NCBI GenBank assembly: GCA_964202905.1
Contig: CAXNJO010000004.1
Span: 288,001 to 352,000 of the forward strand
Source of the DNA: Polyangiales bacterium
Lineage (GTDB): Bacteria > Myxococcota_A > Polyangia > Polyangiales > JADJQN01
Direction: 5' to 3'
Length of the DNA: 64,000 nt
In this document: positions 56,863 to 64,000 of the stretch, one piece after another
Layout: every line of letters starts with the position of its first letter
Position numbering within the stretch: the stretch's first letter is position 1
The notes under the pieces: model-generated
Seen by the model: only the letters and a program-made list of their open reading frames with translations
Database searches by the model: none
What the model was told of the DNA's origin: nothing
Made by a program: the position numbers and the translations under genes

Positions 56863-57443
56863 TCAGAAACAGGAGGTGTAGTCGTTCGAGCAGGTCGCCG
56901 TCGGGAGCACGCGATTCGCGCAGTCGCCGAAGGCCGTGCGCTGCGTCGAACAGAAGCTCGTTCCGCAGTTCATGTCCATGCTGGTGGCGCAGTTGGCCTG
57001 GAAGCAGCAGTCGAACGCGTTCCACTGCGCGAGGCAGCCGTTCGTCGTTGGCGCAGGCGATGACGTTGATGTTCGCGCAAGCCGAACAATCACCGCTCGG
57101 GTCGGCGTCGAGGCAGTCGCCGACGCACGTGCCCGTCGTGCAACCGTCGATGCACGACTGGGTCGCCGCGCCGCAGTAGGGCCCCGCCACGTAGTCGATC
57201 GGCTCGTTCACGCAGGCGCTGCCCATGTCGCGCCCACCGAGATCGACCATCGGCCCCGTGCCCATGTCGCGCACGCCGAGGTCGGTGCCGCCCCCTCCGC
57301 CGAGGTCGGTCGCCTCCTCCTCCGTCGACCATCACGACCGGGCCGCTGCCCCCGCGTCGTCGCCCGCCGTCGGAGCACGCGCTGGCCGCGACGAGAAGGG
57401 CGCCCATTCCACACATGAATACGAAGGTCTGTCGGTTCATCAC
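56863..57443 (-). CDS. Cys-rich lipoprotein, frameshifted across three frames
   Basis: Signal/lipobox ASAC (ORF 57090..57443), DMG repeats and Cys-rich middle (56756..57274), Cys-rich end (56863..57093). Confidence 0.7.
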
Positions 57444-57555
57444 GGTACGCTCCTGTGTCCGCGCCGATCCCGCGCGGCGAGGCGCCGACTCTGAAACAGG
57501 ACCTCCGGCGCGGCAAGCGACGGCCGGCGTCGCGGCTGCGTCAAGGCGCGGCTCG

Positions 57556-58419
57556 TCAGGTCGCGGCGGGCTCGGCGCGGCGCGCGGCGTGGGCGGCCGC
57601 CGTCGTGAGCGGGCCGATCGCGGACCAGGGCTTGTCCTCGCTGTGGCGCAGCACCCCGCGCCGCGAGGTCAGCACCTCGCAGCCGGTGCGCGTGACGAGC
57701 AGCGTGTGCTCGAACTGCGCGCTGAGGGAGCGGTCCTTGGTGACGACCGTCCACCCGTCCGCGAGCTCCTCGGTGTGCCAGTCGCCGAGGTTGATCATCG
57801 GCTCGATCGTGAAGACCCACCCGGCCTTCATCCGCTTGTTCTGCCGCGGATCGAAGAAGTGCGGGACCTGCGGCGCGGTGTGGAACTCGCGGCCGATGCC
57901 GTGACCGACGTAGTCGCGGACGACGGAACAGCCCTGTTTCTCGGCGAATTCCTGGATCGCGGCGCCGACGTCGCCGATGCGCGCGCCGTCCTTCACGACC
58001 GAGACGCCGAGCTCGAGCGCGTGGCGGGCGACCTCGGTGACCTTCTTCGCCGCCCCGCTCGGCTCACCGATGTAGAAGGTCGCGCTCGTGTCGCCGTGCC
58101 AGCCGTGCTTCGCAGGGAGGTACGAGGTGACGTCCACGTTGACGATGTCGCCATCCGCGAGGACCCGCTTGCTCGGGATGCCGTGGCAGACGACCTCGTT
58201 GGGGCTCGTGCACACGCTCTTCGGGAAGCCCTTGTAGTTGAGCGGCGAGGGATACGCGCCGTGCGCGAGCGTGTAGTCGTGGACGAGGACGTCGATGTCG
58301 TTCGTCGTCATGCCGGCGCGCAGATTCTCTCCCACCATCAGGAGCGTGTCCGCCGCGAGCTGGCAGGCGGCCCGCATCTTGTCGATCATCGCGGGCGTGA
58401 GGATCTCGGGGTTCGACAT
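57556..58419 (-). CDS. map: Type I methionine aminopeptidase
   Basis: CTSPNEVVCHGIP, NVDVT, GDTS, GHGIG..FH, FTIEPMIN and SAQFEHT motifs. Confidence 0.97.
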   Translation of the reverse strand: MSNPEILTPAMIDKMRAACQLAADTLLMVGENLRAGMTTNDIDVLVHDYTLAHGAYPSPLNYKGFPKSVCTSPNEVVCHGIPSKRVLADGDIVNVDVTSYLPAKHGWHGDTSATFYIGEPSGAAKKVTEVARHALELGVSVVKDGARIGDVGAAIQEFAEKQGCSVVRDYVGHGIGREFHTAPQVPHFFDPRQNKRMKAGWVFTIEPMINLGDWHTEELADGWTVVTKDRSLSAQFEHTLLVTRTGCEVLTSRRGVLRHSEDKPWSAIGPLTTAAAHAARRAEPAAT

Positions 58420-58452
58420 CGGCGGGCGCGCTCCTCCAGGATGGCCCGGCGT

Positions 58453-60000
58453 TCATGGGACGGGGCGGTCGCTCGCGCAAGATGCTGCGTCCCCCGCGGA
58501 CGGCGAGGCGGAGGCCGCGGGCGCCTCCCCGAGGAAGCGTCCGCGCAGGTAATACGCGGCATACGCGAGCGCCGAGACGACGTTGCCGAGGGCGATCGCG
58601 TTCCACAGCCACGGTCGCGCGAGGCCGAGAGGGCCCGTCACGAGCCACGCGAGCGGGATCGTCAGACCAAGCAACACGACGACGTCGAGCAGGAGGCTCG
58701 GCAGCGTCGCGCCCGCGCCCGACATCGCCTGCGAGAGCACGACCCCGACGCCGAGCACCGCGTACGTCACGCCGACGCGCCACAGGTACTCTTCGCCGGC
58801 GACGAGCACGGCCGGCGACGCATCGAAGAACGCCATGATCGGCCCGGAAAATGCGAGGTAGAGCGCGCTCAGCGCGACCATCGAAGGACGCGTTGAACAA
58901 CGCCGCCCAGAGCCCGGCGCGCCGCGCGCGTTCGCGCAGAGCCCGCGCCGAGGTTGACGCCGACGTAGGTGGAGGCCGCCGCGCCCCAGCCCATGCCGAC
59001 GAAGAGCGCCATCGTCTCGAGGCGCAGGCAGATGCTGTAGGCCGTGAGCGCCGAGGCATCCTCGCGCGCTCGTGTGGTGCGCGGTGAGCAGCGCGATGAA
59101 CACGAGGATCGACGAGACGCGGAGCACGAACTGCGCGCTCGAGGGCCAGCCGATGCGCACGAGCCGGCGCAGCTCGGCGCGATCGGGCACCAGCCGCGCG
59201 AGCCGGAACGGCGGCGCATCGCGATCCACGAGCAGCATCGCGGCCCCGACGAGCACCGGCGCCGTGCGCCCGGCCAGCGTCGCCCACGCCGCACCGAGCA
59301 CGCCGAGCCGCGGCGCCCCGATCGCCTCCGCGAGCGGCGCACAGAACGCGAGCGCGGCGGGGTACTCGCCGGAGCCGTAGATGAGGAAGGGGTTGAGCGC
59401 GACGTTGAGCACATTGCCCGCGACGAGGAGCGCCGCGGCCGCGGTGCCACGGCCGCGCGCCCGCAGAATCGCGGTGATTTGCAGGAGAAAGAAGATCGAG
59501 AAGCAGCCGCCGAGCAACACCTGCAGATACGACGAGGCGAGGTCCGCGACCTCGCCCTGCGCGCGCATGACGCCGCGCACGACGACATCGTGCCCGACGA
59601 GCCCGAGCACGCCGAACGCGAGCGAGAGCGCGCCGACGAGCAGCAGCGACTGCCAGGTCGCGCGCGCGACGCCCGCTGTGTCGCCCGCCCCGAGGCGCCG
59701 CGCGATGAGCGCGACGGTGGCCGTCGAGACGCCGTTGGAGAGGATGGTCGCGACCGCCGCGATCATGTCGCAGATGCCGAGCGCCGCGAGCCCGGCGCCG
59801 CCGTTCGGCAGCTGCCCGATCATGAACATGTCGACGAGGTTGAACGTGGTGTGCAGCGCCATCCCGACGACGAGCGGGAACCCGAAGCGCGCGACCCCCG
59901 CCGCCAGCGGACCGTTCACGATGCGCGCGAGCGCCGCGTCGCCGGCCGTGCAAGCGGGCGCGTCGTCGACGTCGTGGGACGCGGTTTGCGGTGCATTCAC
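58453..60000 (-). CDS. MATE family efflux transporter, with compensating indels at about 58870-59070
   Basis: NLVDMFMIG, ARRLGAGD, LRARG, N..LNP.LI.G, GAAWAT and IGWP motifs. The segment ALTAYSICLRLE...VGVNLGAG lies in another frame. Confidence 0.92.
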   Translation of the reverse strand: MNAPQTASHDVDDAPACTAGDAALARIVNGPLAAGVARFGFPLVVGMALHTTFNLVDMFMIGQLPNGGAGLAALGICDMIAAVATILSNGVSTATVALIARRLGAGDTAGVARATWQSLLLVGALSLAFGVLGLVGHDVVVRGVMRAQGEVADLASSYLQVLLGGCFSIFFLLQITAILRARGRGTAAAALLVAGNVLNVALNPFLIYGSGEYPAALAFCAPLAEAIGAPRLGVLGAAWATLAGRTAPVLVGAAMLLVDRDAPPFRLARLVPDRAELRRLVRIGWPSSAQFVLRVSSILVFIALLTAHHTSARGCLGAHGLQHLPAPRDDGALRRHGLGRGGLHLRRRQPRRGLCANARGAPGSGRRCSTRPSMVALSALYLAFSGPIMAFFDASPAVLVAGEEYLWRVGVTYAVLGVGVVLSQAMSGAGATLPSLLLDVVVLLGLTIPLAWLVTGPLGLARPWLWNAIALGNVVSALAYAAYYLRGRFLGEAPAASASPSAGDAASCASDRPVP

Positions 60001-60137
60001 GGCACTGTGATCACAACGCAGCACGCGGGGCTGCGCAAGGAATGCGCGGAGAGGGTCACGCCAAGCCGACCCGCCGAGCCGGACGAGACCATCGTGGAGC
60101 GCCTGGACGCTCGGACCACCTCCGTGTTACCCAGACC

Positions 60138-60149
60138 ATCTTGCAAGAT
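60138..60149. promoter_or_regulatory. Perfect 12-bp palindrome in an AT-richer divergent intergenic region; candidate operator
   Basis: ATCTTGCAAGAT. Confidence 0.4.
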
Positions 60150-60394
60150 CGTTTTACATCCTGGACCCACCATGACGTCGCCTCCGGCGCACTGAGCGGG
60201 ACGCCGCGGCCCGCGCGGAGCGATGCGCCGCCCCGACGCATCAGCTCCTCGCCGCCCGGAGGGTGCCTCGCAGAAGCGGTCGCCGACGAAGTCACCGCGC
60301 GCCATTCCGCACCCGCATCTCGGGTGCATCCGGAAGCAGGCCGAACGACCATCGCTCTCCACTCGCCGTCTCTGCATCAGGGGAATCCACGCGC

Positions 60395-62536
60395 ATGAGC
60401 AACTCGAATCAGTGGGCCGAACAGATGGCCGCCATGTTCGCGGCTGCCAACGTCGAGGCGGCCAAGAACGCGCTCCAGGCGCGGGCGACGACGACCGAAC
60501 TCGAAGAGGCGCGCGAAGAGCTCCGCGCCGCCGAGGCGAAACACGCAGCGAATCTCGAAGAGTACAAAGAGGTCATCGAACGTTTCGATACCCTGGCCGC
60601 GGCGGGATGGCCCGGGAGCGTCAAAGGGTGTTTCGGGGGCGCTGGGATTCTGGCTTTCGGCTTTTTCATTTCTCTCTGCGCAGGCGGCCATCCAGTCCTG
60701 ACGGTGTTGCTATTGTTGATCGGAGGCCTTCTTGGCCTCTTCGGATTTAGCGACCTCGAGAACTGGAAACGCCTCGCCGGCGCCCTTGCTCGCGAGCGTG
60801 ATGAAGTTCGCGCGCGCGTGAAACACAGCGCAGAAACGGGCATAGCGATCACGACTCGCGGTCAGCAAATCGCAACCACGCTCGCCAACCTGGACTTAAA
60901 ATCTCGGGTCATGACCTTGGGGCAAGTCTGGTTACCACTTCGAGTCGTCCAGGTTGGCGGCTATTCCGCGCTCGTCGACGAGTCTGGATGCGTCCCGGCG
61001 ACCACGATCGCGCTTCCCGAGTTGCAGGCGAGCGACGATGTCCTCGGAAACGTCGAACGAGCGGTGAAGGCTGCCGAGCGTCGTCCGGTGTTGCTATCGG
61101 CCTCGGTCGACAACGGTCGCCCAACAACCCCCGGAATCCTTCACGGCGAGGAGCTCCAACTCGCCGATGCGATGCGCGAGTTCAGCCGGATGGTCGACGG
61201 CGCACAGGTGCACCAATCGGAGGTTCGTCTCGTGGCGCGCGAGGATGCGGTCGCCACGATGGCGCGTAAGGTCGGCGCGACTGAGAACCGTAAGGGCCCG
61301 ATCCTCCGCGCCGGCGGTGACGCGAAATCCGCGGCCGCCAACATCTCGGCCGTCCTCGGTCGGTCTCGCGCAGCCGGCACCAACACCCGCGATCGGCTCG
61401 CGCGCGCGGCATCCGACCTTCAGCGCGCGACCAACTCGCTGGGTGCGCTCCGCACACGGGCGGTGCAATCCGTACACGCCGCGGTCGCGGCCGTCGTCGA
61501 GCGCTCTCACTACGTCCACACTGTCGTCTACTGTCCCAAATGCAATCAGGTTCCGGCCTACCTCTTCCACCGTGTCGGGCTCGAAGAATCCACCGTGCAT
61601 GAGCTCTCGCCCGTCGAGATTCTCGACCGCATCGACCGCGACCCCGAATCGAGCGCACGCGTCGAGCGCGAGCCGGAGCTCCTCGACGAACTCGCGCAGG
61701 TCATCCTCAAGCTTCAGGAATTGCGGGCCATCGCGACGTCGACCGAGAGAATCTTCGAGGAGAAGCGGCAATCAGGGACCGTCGTGATCACGGAACTGCG
61801 CGCCCTCGAGGCCACCCTCCGCGCGCAGCGTTCGGAATGCGACAAACACGCACTTCAACTTCGTGGTTGCGTTCGTCGGATCGTCACCGGATCGATTCGG
61901 CCGCTGACCGAACTCTCCCGGCAGGCGTCGCTCATGCTGAACCCCGACACCCATCACTGGTCATGCGCCTCGTGCGCAACGACCTTCGAAGACCCGGCCA
62001 TCGTACGGATGGGAGAGGTGCTTCGCATCCGCGACGAACTCATGAGTCCAATGTGGAACCATCTCTGGACGGAAAAGGCGGATTTCTGTCGCAGCGAGCT
62101 CTTCCGCTCGAATGAGCAAGTCGCGAACCTGATCGAGCGCGAGACGGGCGCGATGCGCGACGTCGCGGAGCAGTACCGCGCCGACATGCGCCCCGTCCGC
62201 GAAAACCTGATTCTCTCGGTGACGAATGCCCTCGCTGGTCGGGAGCGACTGCATGCCACGCAGCAGAGCCTCGTCGCGCTGGGCGTCAGCAGCCGTGAAG
62301 CCGTCGAGAAGAACATGGAGGCCGTCGACGAGATGTTCGGCGGCGACCTCAACGCCATGCGCGCCCGCGTGGAGGCCAAGGAGACCATCCTCGTCCAGCT
62401 TCCGGCGACGCTCATCGGAACACGCCCCACGCTGCGTGACCCGATCGAGCAGCACAAGGACGCTACGGAGATCTTCCATCGGCGGTTGACGGTCGAGACG
62501 CCGCGGCTCGCGAGCGACACGGCGGGAGAAGGCTGA
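60395..62536 (+). CDS. Hypothetical membrane-anchored coiled-coil protein (713 aa) with two separated CxxC motifs
   Basis: ATG after AGGGGA, N-terminal heptad-like helix, two adjacent hydrophobic segments, YCPKC and WSCASC, lower GC than the flanks. Confidence 0.85.
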   Translation: MSNSNQWAEQMAAMFAAANVEAAKNALQARATTTELEEAREELRAAEAKHAANLEEYKEVIERFDTLAAAGWPGSVKGCFGGAGILAFGFFISLCAGGHPVLTVLLLLIGGLLGLFGFSDLENWKRLAGALARERDEVRARVKHSAETGIAITTRGQQIATTLANLDLKSRVMTLGQVWLPLRVVQVGGYSALVDESGCVPATTIALPELQASDDVLGNVERAVKAAERRPVLLSASVDNGRPTTPGILHGEELQLADAMREFSRMVDGAQVHQSEVRLVAREDAVATMARKVGATENRKGPILRAGGDAKSAAANISAVLGRSRAAGTNTRDRLARAASDLQRATNSLGALRTRAVQSVHAAVAAVVERSHYVHTVVYCPKCNQVPAYLFHRVGLEESTVHELSPVEILDRIDRDPESSARVEREPELLDELAQVILKLQELRAIATSTERIFEEKRQSGTVVITELRALEATLRAQRSECDKHALQLRGCVRRIVTGSIRPLTELSRQASLMLNPDTHHWSCASCATTFEDPAIVRMGEVLRIRDELMSPMWNHLWTEKADFCRSELFRSNEQVANLIERETGAMRDVAEQYRADMRPVRENLILSVTNALAGRERLHATQQSLVALGVSSREAVEKNMEAVDEMFGGDLNAMRARVEAKETILVQLPATLIGTRPTLRDPIEQHKDATEIFHRRLTVETPRLASDTAGEG

Positions 62537-63678
62537 TGGCCGAGGGCGGAATCAGCGCGGGACAAGCGGAGAGCATCGCCCGCAGCGTCGCGCATCAGGT
62601 GGTTGCGCCGGTCCAGCGGGAAGTCAATGAACTGCAATCACGCATTCGCGAATTGGAGGCGGAGATGGCTCGTGTCGAGGGCGCGATCAGGGACATGCAT
62701 TCGAGCCTGAGGGATGGGTTGAGTGCTCTGAGGGAGACGAATTCCGACATCCTCAAAGCGCAGATCGCCACGACGGCCGCGACGACGGTTGGCCTCACGG
62801 CCGTGCAGCAGACGAACAGCAGTGGATTCTCCAAGGTCTCCACCGATCTGAATGTCGTCGATAGCAGCTTGAAGCAGATGAGTCAGGCGCTCGTGCAGAT
62901 GGAGGTCATCCGCCAGATGCATGAAGTGAAGACGCCCGCGGAGCAGGTGGAGCGCTTCCAAGAAGAGATTGAGCAGCGATTTTCGAAGGCCGTGGAAAAC
63001 GTCAACGAGGTGCGACGACAGTACGACGCGATGCAACTCCGCGTCGCCGACGATCTCGACAAGAAACTGCGTCATATCGGCTCTCACATATACCGCGTAT
63101 TCGAGGAAGATTTCGAGGAGTTTGCGGAAGGCCCGCTCTCCGCGCCGTTCGACGCGACTATCGCGCTCGCACTCGAAGTGGACCTCGACGCCATCGAGCG
63201 CCGCGCCGAGGCCCTCGAGTCGACCCTCGCAAGTTTCGACGAAGGCCGTTTGCAGCCCCTGCTCTCCGCGCAATCCGAGCTCGAACACCTGTTCGCGTCG
63301 AAATACACCGTCGAAGGCATCACGGAAGAGACCTGCTACGTTCCCGTTTCGATATGTGAGCTTCAAGAGGGCGACCGCCCCTTAGTCCGCGTCTTGATAG
63401 ACGAAACGCCGGTAGCGACCTCTGGCGAAGTTCTGACCATGTCTCTCAAGATGTCAGCCACCGGCCGCGCAATCGCCCAGCGGGTCGACCCGCTCGTCCG
63501 CGACCGCTTCAATCGGTTTCCCAAACGCCCGATTCGCCCCGATGAGCGAAGCAGGCTGAGCGCAGCACTATGGCGACTGGCCGAAGCAGGTCAGATTCCT
63601 GCGGAGTTGCTCGACGGCTACATTCTCGTGCTGGAGCAGGCCGAGCTACAACTCCTCGACGACGGAGAGGTGAAGTGA
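62536..63678 (+). CDS. Hypothetical coiled-coil protein (380 aa)
   Basis: TGATG coupling with GGAG upstream; long amphipathic heptad-like helices; small mixed C-terminal domain. Confidence 0.85.
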   Translation: MAEGGISAGQAESIARSVAHQVVAPVQREVNELQSRIRELEAEMARVEGAIRDMHSSLRDGLSALRETNSDILKAQIATTAATTVGLTAVQQTNSSGFSKVSTDLNVVDSSLKQMSQALVQMEVIRQMHEVKTPAEQVERFQEEIEQRFSKAVENVNEVRRQYDAMQLRVADDLDKKLRHIGSHIYRVFEEDFEEFAEGPLSAPFDATIALALEVDLDAIERRAEALESTLASFDEGRLQPLLSAQSELEHLFASKYTVEGITEETCYVPVSICELQEGDRPLVRVLIDETPVATSGEVLTMSLKMSATGRAIAQRVDPLVRDRFNRFPKRPIRPDERSRLSAALWRLAEAGQIPAELLDGYILVLEQAELQLLDDGEVK

Positions 63679-63679
63679 G

Positions 63680-64000
63680 ATGCCCGAGCGAATCGATGCG
63701 GACCGCGTCATCGTCACCGGTCGCAGCGCGGGCAATCAGTTCCCGCGAACGCAGGCGACCATCCAGTATCGCTTCGAGGCCGACGGAACCGGACCGGACG
63801 GCCCGTTCGACATCGATGGATCGGTCTACGGGCGCGACATCCGCTTTCGCGGGCCAGGGACCGTGGGAGGTCCGGTGCTCGGCCGTGGCGACATCACGCT
63901 GAGCAACGAAGAAACGAGTCCGCAACGGTTCTTCGGCGGGCTGCACGCGAATGGCAACCTCGGGTGCGACGGACCGCGACGCCCGCCGATAAATTCACCC
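63680..64000 (+). CDS. Bactofilin-like/beta-helix protein, runs off the window (not in the ORF track)
   Basis: ATG 1 nt after the upstream stop, open to 64000: MPERIDADRVIVTG...FDIDGSVYGRDIRFRGPGTVGGPVLGRGDITL...FFGGLHANGNL. Confidence 0.7.
   Translation, partial: MPERIDADRVIVTGRSAGNQFPRTQATIQYRFEADGTGPDGPFDIDGSVYGRDIRFRGPGTVGGPVLGRGDITLSNEETSPQRFFGGLHANGNLGCDGPRRPPINSP

Noticed and set aside
63570..63902. ORF 63570..63902 from the track
   Set aside because: It overlaps gene B and is Arg/Ser-rich; the frame starting at 63680 has better coupling and protein-like content.
60001..64000. Prophage or IS element explaining the low-GC region
   Set aside because: No integrase, transposase, terminal repeats or phage structural motifs within the window; cannot be excluded beyond it.

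Overview
Very GC-rich chromosomal segment. Gene content (Cys-rich and MYXO-CTERM-type surface proteins, many lipoproteins, Hanks-type kinases) points to Myxococcota, probably Polyangia/Sandaracinaceae-like. Most of it is core genome: gap-pgk-tpiA-secG, an MdlA/MdlB-type ABC exporter pair, mutS, pheA-hisC-(lipoprotein)-aroA-cmk-rpsA, site-2 protease-scpA-scpB, glyQ-glyS, bcp, map and a MATE transporter. Between these are accessory envelope and signalling genes: a kinase-cyclase-like-STAND-TPR protein, a large Cys/Asp-repeat lipoprotein ending in a lectin-like tip, a matrixin with a coupled partner, a PKD plus integrin-like vWA lipoprotein pair, and two beta-propeller lipoproteins. The strongest candidate for an undescribed system is the lower-GC, translationally coupled operon from 60395 to beyond the window end. 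It encodes a membrane-anchored coiled-coil protein with two separated CxxC motifs, a coiled-coil protein, and a bactofilin-like beta-helix protein absent from the ORF track. Also notable: a complete sigma54-type promoter driving a 61-aa protein, a catalytically degenerate PheA with tyrA absent from the operon, and a recurrent leaderless-promoter pattern. Several single-base indels, densest at 55.6-59.1 kb, look like sequencing or assembly errors. No tRNA, rRNA, CRISPR array or transposase/integrase was seen. All calls are from motif reading only; no database searches were run.
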